A DNA stretch of 15,232 bases from a virus. Below the pieces are notes generated by a model that searched no databases, was not told where the DNA came from, and saw only the letters and a list, made by a program, of their open reading frames with translations. The DNA lies in the UHGV virus genome UHGV-1764584; one strand, written 5' to 3'. The translations under genes were made by a program, and so were the position numbers. Shown here piece after piece: positions 7,295-13,906 of the stretch (positions are counted from its first letter, which is position 1; the number at the start of each line of letters is the position of its first letter).

Positions 7295-7318
7295 TAAAAA
7301 AGGCCCCCGAAGGGGCCT
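7295..7318 (-). terminator. Rho-independent terminator oriented for minus-strand transcription
   Basis: Stem AGGCCCC/GGGGCCT (7301-7307 with 7312-7318) and loop CGAA. The A-run at 7295-7300 gives a U-run after the hairpin on the minus-strand RNA. Confidence 0.55.
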
Positions 7319-7323
7319 AATCG

Positions 7324-7446
7324 CTACTTGCTGCTAATGTTTATCGTCACATTCAGAGCGTTATCAGTAATCTTCCAACCCTCCCCATGTGGCGTAAACA
7401 AAGCTCCAGTAACAACGATAAAAATACACATACAGTATTTTTTCAT
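7324..7446 (-). CDS. Candidate 40-aa hydrophobic peptide (MKKYCMCIFIVVTGALFTPHGEGWKITDNALNVTINISSK)
   Basis: ATG at 7446 with AAGGG 7 nt upstream; the SD sits in a GGCC...GGCC hairpin. N-terminal hydrophobic segment. Ends just before the terminator at 7295-7318. The ORF track's 60-aa version begins at a non-ATG codon upstream. Confidence 0.35.
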   Translation of the reverse strand: MKKYCMCIFIVVTGALFTPHGEGWKITDNALNVTINISSK

Positions 7447-7677
7447 TGTATGGCCCTTACAGGCCGTTTCACGACATCCCCACCGACGAAAACAACGCGA
7501 GAGCAAGCACGGCTGCTTGTGCTTGCATGTACGGCAACAGGAAATCCTCCCCTAAAGTCGGTGCCCGGGTGCGAATCGGCGGGAAGGTCCACAGGTATTT
7601 TACGATTATTTTAAGATTAGTAATAGGAAAGAAATTAAACGAAAAAAACAGTTTATTTTCACAAAATCAGTAACCTA

Positions 7678-7733
7678 CCCACAATCTGTGAGTTTGCTGA
7701 CACAACAAGAACCACAATTTTTTGATGTATAAT
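7678..7733 (+). promoter_or_regulatory. Operator-like sites and -10 element upstream of the candidate sRNA / antirepressor operon
   Basis: O6 at 7678-7692 (CCCACA-ATC-TGTGAG, close to O2) and half-site O7 at 7711-7716. TATAAT at 7728-7733 is preceded directly by TG. Confidence 0.45.
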
Positions 7734-7738
7734 AGTGG

Positions 7739-7870
7739 ACTATTATTACCTTTTGAGTAAAATCAATTTGCTGCTTGTGCTTGCGTGGTTGTTTATACAA
7801 CAACGTAATGCTGAAAGGACCGCGAATCCGATCAGCACGAAAGAACCGTCCTCAATAGGGCGGTTTTTTT
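7739..7870 (+). ncRNA. Candidate small RNA / terminated leader (about 130 nt)
   Basis: Runs from the TATAAT promoter to a terminator at 7844-7870 (stem AACCGUCC/GGGCGGUU with one G-U pair, loop UCAAUA, then U7). Positions 7770-7787 are complementary to the minus-strand RNA at 7512-7529. Internal hairpin GTTGTT-TATAC-AACAAC at 7788-7804. Confidence 0.35.
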
Positions 7871-8017
7871 GTTTCTGCCTACCAATAAACCCACGCTATG
7901 TGGTTGTCTCTGTTAAAATCCCGCCGTATTGACATGAATGCGCCATTGGTGGACACTTTCCGAGCCGTAGCAAAATCTACGGTCGGGATTGGAACCCCGT
8001 AGACACAATGGCGCATA

Positions 8018-8040
8018 CCGCGTTAGCGGTTTTTTTATGC
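8018..8040 (+). terminator. Second short terminator-like hairpin in the antirepressor leader
   Basis: ACCGC-GTTA-GCGGT followed by T7. A GATTGGAACC 10-mer is repeated at 7988-7997 and 8150-8159. Confidence 0.3.
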
Positions 8041-8202
8041 GTAAAGCACTGCTACACCCAAATTATGGTGGGGCGTGCGGGGGAGTCGTAAGACTCGCCG
8101 GTTCGTCATTGTGTCCGGTAGTTCCAACCCTGCACGTCTCACCACCCAATGATTGGAACCTGACGGTGGTGAGTATCCTTAACCTTTAAGGGAATCATCA
8201 CA

Positions 8203-8394
8203 ATGACAAACCTACCCCATGACTATTACGTCAACCTCGTAAAGATCCTTCTCAAGAAAGCCTCATACGCCGATAAATTACGCCTGGCTGAAATCATCGA
8301 GCGCGAAGCTATGCGCATCGCCAGCAACGATAACGCTGTTTCTGACGCAAAAATCTCCCTCGTAACCAAAGTTGTTATGGGAGGTGCAAAATGA
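8203..8394 (+). CDS. Small protein (63 aa) translationally coupled to the antirepressor gene
   Basis: AAGGGAA RBS; its stop overlaps the antirepressor ATG (ATGA at 8391). Occupies the position that icd has in P1 immI. No sequence family recognised. Confidence 0.5.
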   Translation: MTNLPHDYYVNLVKILLKKASYADKLRLAEIIEREAMRIASNDNAVSDAKISLVTKVVMGGAK

Positions 8395-9542
8395 AAACGC
8401 TTCCGACCGTTAACACCCTACAGCCTATCCTGCATAATCAGATTCCAGTAATCACAACTGAGCTACTCGCCCGCCTTTATGGAACAGAAGCAATCCGTAT
8501 ACAGCAAAATCACCATGAAAATAAAACTCGGTTCATTGAGGGGAAGCACTTCTTTAAAGCTGTTGGTGATGAACTCAAAAATTTGCGACTAGTTTTAAAC
8601 GAGTCACAAAATGAGGTGCAAATTTCCCCCAAAACTCGCTCTCTCATCCTCTGGACAGAACGCGGGGCTGCACGTCACGCCAAAATGCTTGAAACTAACC
8701 AAGCGTGGGATGTGTTCGAACGGCTGGAAGACTGCTATTTCAACCAGAACGCGCAAACGGCCGCGACCGTAACCGTCTCACCAAACAATGCTCGTGAGGT
8801 TGTCGATACGCTCAACGCCAAACCGATGTTTTACATTAAAGTGTGCAACAACGAGCCACTCACAACCTCAGCCGATGTTGCCCAGGCATTCAGCACCACA
8901 AACAATTCCATCGTTATGGCCATCGATGCGTTACGCATTCCTCGCACAGCTGCGGCGCGTCATTTCTTTAAAGAGCAACGACCGTTGGAAGGAAGCGACC
9001 GCGAAATAACAATCTATCGCATGACAAAAGACGGATTTACCTTGCTCATGGAAAGTATCGACGGTCCAGGCGTGAAGGATATCAAGCTGGCCTACATTGA
9101 AGCCTTTAACGCTATCAGCAGCGTGTTAAAAACACAGTACGAGCGCGATCTGGCTAAACGACTGTACCAGGAAAAAACGATTATCCGCGCGGCAACAGAG
9201 CATAATCGGCTATTAACGGAACCGAACTACAGGAAGGAACTAATCAAGGAGTTTGACAAGGCAACAGGGAAAACCAAAGCGGCGCTAAGTCTGCCAGCAA
9301 TGACTCAGGAAAATGTGATATCAGCCTTACTTCTTGATCTGCTCAGAAACGCCAGAGCACTTATCAGCTTTGACGAAAACCTGAATCCTCAGCTCAAGCT
9401 ACTACCACCGACAGGCAAAGTAGTCGACCAGGCTGATCACAACAGCATACTCAGCGTACTGGATGCAAACCTGCCAGCCAGGACACTACAGGATCTGATA
9501 AAAACATGTGCTGATAAGCTGGCACAGAAAAGCAGACCATAA
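8391..9542 (+). CDS. Phage antirepressor (N-terminal ORF6N domain plus Rha/AntA-like domain)
   Basis: N-terminal IPVITTELLARLYGTEAIRIQQNHHENKTRFIEGKHFFK...LILWTERGAARHAKMLETNQAWDVFERLEDCYF is a classic ORF6N pattern. Middle PLTTSADVAQAFSTTNNSIVMAIDAL is Rha/AntA-like. Confidence 0.8.
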   Translation: MKTLPTVNTLQPILHNQIPVITTELLARLYGTEAIRIQQNHHENKTRFIEGKHFFKAVGDELKNLRLVLNESQNEVQISPKTRSLILWTERGAARHAKMLETNQAWDVFERLEDCYFNQNAQTAATVTVSPNNAREVVDTLNAKPMFYIKVCNNEPLTTSADVAQAFSTTNNSIVMAIDALRIPRTAAARHFFKEQRPLEGSDREITIYRMTKDGFTLLMESIDGPGVKDIKLAYIEAFNAISSVLKTQYERDLAKRLYQEKTIIRAATEHNRLLTEPNYRKELIKEFDKATGKTKAALSLPAMTQENVISALLLDLLRNARALISFDENLNPQLKLLPPTGKVVDQADHNSILSVLDANLPARTLQDLIKTCADKLAQKSRP

Positions 9543-9546
9543 CTAC

Positions 9547-9579
9547 AAGGGGCTACGGCCCCTTACTCTTTTCTCTCTT
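9547..9579 (+). terminator. Rho-independent terminator after the antirepressor gene
   Basis: Stem AAGGGGC/GCCCCTT (9547-9553 with 9558-9564), loop TACG, followed by the U-rich ACTCTTTTCTCTCTT. Confidence 0.55.
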
Positions 9580-10279
9580 ATCAACACCAGAGACTTTCTG
9601 AAAATCCTTTCGAATAGCGTCAGCGTCACGCGCCAAGCCCATACTCGAACGTGTCGCCATATGACGAAAATGATCAACTGCCGGAAACAAAGAAATAATG
9701 GACCCAATAGCTTGCAGCAAACTCGCTTTTCTACGCATCATAATTCCACCATAACCGATAACCACCCTTCAGACACAACCCCCCCTCCCCCCATACAGGG
9801 TGCCCTTTACCGGAGTTCCGGCCCCTTCTCAAAAGCATCAAAAAAAGCTCGAGATCGAGTACCGGAACTCATGCCACCAGATAGCTCCACATCGTTTCCA
9901 ATGCTTCGCCGCCGTGTGCGCCCTGTGGCCCACAATCATGCCATTGGTCGTCTGATATACCTTCTTCTGCTCATAGAGCACAGGCGAGTTGTCGCACTCC
10001 TGCCTTTCTCAGACTCGACTTAGTTTAGATCGCTGTTCCTGGCTTGCGTCAGCACACTTTCCCCTTGTACGCATACCCGCGCGCCACTTCGCCCAAAAAC
10101 ACCGAACCCAACGAAGTGGCAAAGACAACGACGCGAGCGTGAGTCTGAAATGGGCACCAGTAAAAAAGGGGTTGCAGGCGCAAAAAGATTTGATTATCTT
10201 TAGACGCAAGAAAGCCGCCCCAATCAAGAGGTGTCTTTTTAAATCCAGCCTACCAAGCAAGATTTAAATTTCAGACTGA

Positions 10280-10310
10280 AAACCGCCCGGCAAGGCGGTT
10301 TTTGTCTTTC
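10280..10310. terminator. Terminator hairpin, usable in both directions
   Basis: 8-bp stem AAACCGCC/GGCGGTTT with loop CGGCAA. A T-run follows on the plus strand and an A-run precedes it. Lies about 50 nt downstream of the minus-strand XRE gene stop. Confidence 0.5.
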
Positions 10311-10351
10311 TGGCGCTTACATTACACCACCATAAAACGATCCGTAAAGGA

Positions 10352-10624
10352 TCATTTGATCCCTTGTTCCAATTCTGCCGACACTTTAACCTTTTCCCAT
10401 ACAAGGGTTTGCAGCCTTAACAGAATCGCATCTTTATCAAGGTGTGAAAGATCCTTAACCATATCGTCAAACGACAGAACGCGAATGGCCATCTCAATGA
10501 CCCTCGGCGGCTCCCCCTTCTCATATCGCTTATATGTAGCCAACGATATCCCAAACTCTTCGGCTGCTCGCTCCTGCGTCCAGTTCATCCCACGACGCCA
10601 TAATTTCAATTCGTAACCCGTCAT
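10352..10624 (-). CDS. XRE-family HTH transcriptional regulator (90 aa)
   Basis: MTGYELKLWRRGMNWTQERAAEEFGISLATYKRYEKGE is a canonical XRE HTH. Divergent from gene 10726-11151. Confidence 0.7.
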   Translation of the reverse strand: MTGYELKLWRRGMNWTQERAAEEFGISLATYKRYEKGEPPRVIEMAIRVLSFDDMVKDLSHLDKDAILLRLQTLVWEKVKVSAELEQGIK

Positions 10625-10725
10625 TACATCCTCTACCTTTCCCTAGATATTCAATAAATTAGACATAGCCACTCACGACAAAATAAGATGTATTAACAAT
10701 CCAATCTTTAGGCTTTAGGTAAAAA

Positions 10726-11151
10726 ATGAGTTCATCTGCTTTTGTCACCGTGGTCACTGGTGTAAGTGTTTTTGTTCTAGGCCAACTCATCGTCAAAGGA
10801 GCTATTGAGCCTTACATTTCATTCAGGGAACAACTAGGGAAAATATCCAATCTGTTATTATGTAACCAAGCAAAAATAGTGAATCCTGGCTCGAACTTAA
10901 AGCCAGAAATCATTCATGATCTAAAAGATTCCGCAGCACAGTTAATGGCGAAATATTCCACTTTACCTTTCTATATCAAAAAGTTACATATCGGCTTTCG
11001 TCTTGTTCCATCAGCCACCGAGATTCTTGGGGCAGCTCAAAATTTGAACTATATAGCGTCAATACATGAAGGTAAGACTGGGGAGAATCCATCTAAGCAT
11101 CTCGAAGAGATTGGCCATATGCTCAAAATACCAACTACCTATTCAAGCTAA
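10726..11151 (+). CDS. Hypothetical membrane-anchored protein (141 aa) in an AT-rich segment
   Basis: AGGT RBS; N-terminal hydrophobic helix (AFVTVVTGVSVFVLGQLIV) followed by a soluble domain. Visibly lower GC than its flanks. No family recognised. Confidence 0.5.
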   Translation: MSSSAFVTVVTGVSVFVLGQLIVKGAIEPYISFREQLGKISNLLLCNQAKIVNPGSNLKPEIIHDLKDSAAQLMAKYSTLPFYIKKLHIGFRLVPSATEILGAAQNLNYIASIHEGKTGENPSKHLEEIGHMLKIPTTYSS

Positions 11152-11219
11152 CCCAATGTAAGTTATCGGCTTGCCCCACAATAAGTTATCTATCTTCAAA
11201 CGCCCCCTATATTAACACT

Positions 11220-11246
11220 CGCAAAGTGTCAAAATGACACTTTGCG
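11220..11246. promoter_or_regulatory. Perfect 12-bp-arm palindrome (CGCAAAGTGTCA-AAA-TGACACTTTGCG) between convergent genes
   Basis: Seen directly. Fifteen nucleotides of it (TCAAAATGACACTTT) recur exactly at 2316-2330 at the 3' end of the Q-like gene. Could be a terminator hairpin or a dimer operator. Confidence 0.45.
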
Positions 11247-11254
11247 CATTGTGT

Positions 11255-11635
11255 TTACTTAACGAGGAATAAAAATGGTTTATTGTTCGGCGGTGTAATC
11301 GGGGCTGGCTCGCTTTTGCTCATGCGATCAGTGTACCAGGCCAACTCCTTGTCAAAGTAAGCCTGATTAAAATAGGCCATGAATGTAGTTTCAAATCCAT
11401 AACGACCGCTAATACGCAGCATCTGATTGCCGTTCTCTGTTTCCAGATATACCTGGGCACGTTCCTGATTCTCCTTCAGCCAGGTTAAAGCCTCATCGCA
11501 TGAGGACACACGATACTCATCATCGTAGCAGTCATCGATGCGGCTTGAGGAAGAACGGCAAATCACGCCAACAGAACCAGCCAGGATAGTTTGAATTTTA
11601 AGGAAAGCGTTTTTGCGGATTTTAATCATGCTCAT
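11255..11635 (-). CDS. Hypothetical 126-aa protein with signal-peptide-like N-terminus
   Basis: Intact ORF with GGAG 8 nt upstream. N-terminal basic then hydrophobic stretch (KIRKNAFLKIQTILAGSVGVIC), three Cys in the following 25 residues. Driven by copy B of the duplicated leader module. Confidence 0.55.
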   Translation of the reverse strand: MSMIKIRKNAFLKIQTILAGSVGVICRSSSSRIDDCYDDEYRVSSCDEALTWLKENQERAQVYLETENGNQMLRISGRYGFETTFMAYFNQAYFDKELAWYTDRMSKSEPAPITPPNNKPFLFLVK

Positions 11636-11642
11636 CGGGTTA

Positions 11643-11752
11643 TCTCCGGTTTAACCAGGGCGGGTATCGCTCGGTTTCGGGTATAACCTTAGGAATTTTT
11701 TTCCCACCTGTAAAGCACTTTTTATATAAATATATAATTATATAATTCTATG
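11643..11752 (-). promoter_or_regulatory. Copy B of the duplicated promoter/5' leader module
   Basis: Near-identical to 2167-2280, including RBS, TTTACA-17 bp-TAAGGT and the AT-rich box. Confidence 0.6.
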
Positions 11753-11783
11753 AGCACAAAAAAGCCCCTTTGCAACAGGGGCT
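11753..11783 (-). terminator. Rho-independent terminator after the antitoxin gene
   Basis: Stem AAGCCCCT/AGGGGCTT (11761-11768 with 11776-11783), loop TTGCAAC. The A6 run at 11755-11760 gives a U-run on the minus-strand RNA. Confidence 0.6.
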
Positions 11784-11798
11784 TATCATTCGTTCTGA

Positions 11799-12098
11799 TC
11801 AGATGTTAAACGCTATTCGTTTTCCTGTGGGAAGCTCAACATCCAGGCTTAATTTGCCTCCCATAGCTTCAACGTAACGCTTTAATGTCGCCAGCTTTAA
11901 ATCATTTCCGCGCTGCTCCAGCTTTGTTACTGCTGGCTGGCTTATACCCATCGCCTCAGCAACCTGTTTTTGTGATAACTGGAGTTCTTCACGCATCATC
12001 TGCAAGCCGACCTCAAGAATCATCTCATCTGCCATTTCTTTAATTCGCGCCTGGCTTTCCGGTGAACGGCTGGCAATCGCCTCATCTAATGTTCTCAT
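11799..12098 (-). CDS. HigA-like HTH antitoxin (addiction-module antidote, XRE family)
   Basis: 99 aa with HTH (LSQKQVAEAMGISQPAVTKLEQ). Overlaps the upstream toxin gene by 1 nt; toxin-first order is typical of HigBA. Confidence 0.6.
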   Translation of the reverse strand: MRTLDEAIASRSPESQARIKEMADEMILEVGLQMMREELQLSQKQVAEAMGISQPAVTKLEQRGNDLKLATLKRYVEAMGGKLSLDVELPTGKRIAFNI

Positions 12099-12451
12099 TA
12101 CTTGCTCTCCAGTGTGTTCAGATGTGCTGCAAACTCATCCTCAGCTATACGCACCAGTTTTTCATAAAACCGCTTATCGTTACTTTTGTCTCCTGCACAA
12201 AGAACGATGGCCCGGCGAATCGGATCGAACGCATAAAAGGCTCTTATCGGACGGCCAGAAAACTGAACGCGAAGCTCTTTCATATTTTTGTACCGAGAAC
12301 CTTTTACGGTATCGGCATATGGCCTGGGTAACTCAGGTCCGTAAACCTGTAGCTTTTTCAAATCAGCCAAAACCTTTTCCTGAAGAGCGTCTTCTTGCTC
12401 ATTTAGCCAGTCGTCAAATCGCTGGCTAAAAAGTACCGTCCACATGCTCAA
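12098..12451 (-). CDS. RelE/ParE-superfamily toxin, HigB-like (addiction-module killer protein)
   Basis: 117 aa; the motif AIVLCAGDKSNDKRFYEKLVRIAEDEF matches the recalled LLCGGDKS pattern of these toxins. AGGA RBS. Confidence 0.6.
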   Translation of the reverse strand: MSMWTVLFSQRFDDWLNEQEDALQEKVLADLKKLQVYGPELPRPYADTVKGSRYKNMKELRVQFSGRPIRAFYAFDPIRRAIVLCAGDKSNDKRFYEKLVRIAEDEFAAHLNTLESK

Positions 12452-12454
12452 TCC

Positions 12455-12520
12455 TATAACCTGTAGTTTATATCACTAACTATATAACCTGTGATTTATA
12501 ATTTCAAGAAAAACGGGGCT
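12455..12520 (-). promoter_or_regulatory. Toxin-antitoxin promoter with direct-repeat operator candidates
   Basis: TATAACCTGT direct repeats at 12455-12464 and 12483-12492. On the minus strand: TTGAAA, 17 bp, TATAGT, with one repeat in the spacer and one at the RBS. Confidence 0.4.
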
Positions 12521-12688
12521 ATTTAACATAATGGACGTTATCGGCACCACCGGATCACCGTTCATTGTCGGATCTAAAAAATCCGCTCAAAAGATCATGT
12601 TTTCCTGGGCGTTTTCCACCGTTTTTATGTTGCTTATTTGTTAATGAAATCTCGTTTTCAGTTTCGCCTCATTTTCGACGCGAAAGCC

Positions 12689-12979
12689 CTATTTTTGTGA
12701 CTTTACTCCTGGCATATGGACTTCCCAGCGACGAATCCCCATAGCTGCGCAAAAATCAGCCACATAATTCAATCCCGCCCATTCGCGGATACCACCACGG
12801 GCTTTTTCAATGAAAACGGCAATCCCTTTTTTATTGAGAGCAAAAAGCCGCCAGCTTTTTGTCACTTCGTCCTGGGTAGCCACAACACAAGTGAAAGCTC
12901 CCATGCGATACAGGTCCAAGAACTCTTTGCGTGTTTTGCGTACAAGTTCCATAACAAACCTCATATTTGCATGTTTCAA
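12689..12979 (-). CDS. Hypothetical 96-aa protein
   Basis: Intact ORF, ATGA-coupled to the upstream gene 12976-13275. Not recognised. Confidence 0.45.
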   Translation of the reverse strand: MKHANMRFVMELVRKTRKEFLDLYRMGAFTCVVATQDEVTKSWRLFALNKKGIAVFIEKARGGIREWAGLNYVADFCAAMGIRRWEVHMPGVKSQK

Positions 12980-13275
12980 ACATCTGTTTTGTTATCAATG
13001 AAGATTAACCCTAACCCAGCGAAGTAACACAGCAGCGCCCAGGCTGCATACGGAATGCTGGATCTGGATGTGGACTCCTTTAACATCTGCCAGTTGCGAA
13101 CATTGCGACTATCTTTTAAGCCAAGTTTTTTGGCCAACTGCGAGCCGCTCATTCCGGTCAGGCCAATGACTGCCCGAACTTCTCCACATGTAGGAGATTC
13201 CCATTCATCCGCTTTTTTTAAACAAGCCGGATTCAACATTTTTAAAACAGTATCTTTATCCATAACCATCTCCAT
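12976..13275 (-). CDS. Small HTH-containing protein with C-terminal hydrophobic segment (99 aa)
   Basis: HTH-like GLTGMSGSQLAKKLGLKDSRNVRNWQ; C-terminal IPYAAWALLCYFAGLGLIF looks like a membrane anchor. Confidence 0.45.
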   Translation of the reverse strand: MEMVMDKDTVLKMLNPACLKKADEWESPTCGEVRAVIGLTGMSGSQLAKKLGLKDSRNVRNWQMLKESTSRSSIPYAAWALLCYFAGLGLIFIDNKTDV

Positions 13276-13509
13276 TTATTATATCTACGATGGTAGGAAA
13301 TCTTTTCCTATGTGGCAATAGAAATTTACTACATTGCGTATAAGACAAGTTTTCTATGTCTAATAGGAAATGATGTTTCTTACGTTTTATCGCGTTCTGA
13401 TGGCTACTGTGTGCGTATTTATCGACGTTTATTGATAAGGCTCGCCCCTTCCTCCTGCAAAGCCCGGCCGTAGGCCTTATTTCGGCCTTATATAAATTGA
13501 TTTTGTATA

Positions 13510-13622
13510 GTTCGAAACGCGCCGTTTCGAAAAGGATGATCAGGCTGCTCCATGCCTCCGGCAAGTGCCGGAGGAGGTATATTTGAGCGTAGCGACTCGA
13601 ACCGGCGCGAGCTTTAGCTCGC
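13510..13622. repeat. Cluster of GC-rich perfect palindromes downstream of the origin
   Basis: TTCGAAACG-CGC-CGTTTCGAA (13510-13530), CCTCCGGCA-AG-TGCCGGAGG (13555-13574), GCGAGCT-TT-AGCTCGC (13607-13622). Confidence 0.5.
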
Positions 13623-13639
13623 TGCAAGGGCGAACATAT

Positions 13640-13900
13640 TCACAGGCAAAGCCTGCGTAAGTTAAATAAAGAAAGTTTTAATAAAAGAAAGTGATTTTGC
13701 ATTTATTTGTTTAGTGCATCTATTATAAAAAACCATTTGCATATACATATCAAAACTGTGGATAACTTTATTAGCCGATGCCTGTAAAGGCGATATTTTT
13801 GCTGTGTTCAGGTTTAGAGAAAATTAATTTAGATTGTTTTTTGAACAGATATTTTATTGCGACGTAGATAATCCTCCGGTAAAACCGGATTCATCATTCA
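13640..13900. other. Candidate IncFII-type vegetative origin (oriR-like AT-rich region with DnaA box)
   Basis: Immediately downstream of repA. Perfect DnaA box TTATCCACA (rc of 13757-13765), strongly AT-rich, direct repeat AAAGAAAGT at 13669-13677 and 13683-13691. Confidence 0.5.
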
Positions 13901-13906
13901 GGTGGG

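Noticed and set aside
7324-7506. Full 60-aa version of the minus-strand ORF
   Set aside because: The longer form begins at a non-ATG codon without an RBS. The internal ATG at 7446 has an AAGGG Shine-Dalgarno, so the 40-aa form is preferred, and even that is tentative.
7328-7673. Three overlapping plus-strand 75-aa ORFs in the 7328-7673 region
   Set aside because: Mutually overlapping, no RBS, low-complexity translations. The region is better explained as 5' UTR and promoter of the divergent peptide and sRNA transcripts.
7400-8200. LexA (SOS) box near the antirepressor or module promoters
   Set aside because: Looked for CTGT-N8-ACAG near 7430-7740, 2240-2330 and 8140-8200 and found no acceptable match, so direct LexA control is not supported by what I could see.
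9508-10267. Plus-strand ORFs 9508-10023 and 9989-10267, and minus-strand 10009-10260
   Set aside because: Pro/Ser/Arg-rich low-complexity translations, no RBS, mutually overlapping. Treated as non-coding, although a transcript may exist.
13256-13627. Minus-strand 123-aa ORF spanning the GC-rich palindromes
   Set aside because: Overlaps the end of gene 12976-13275 and runs through three perfect palindromes; most likely a chance open frame in structured non-coding DNA.
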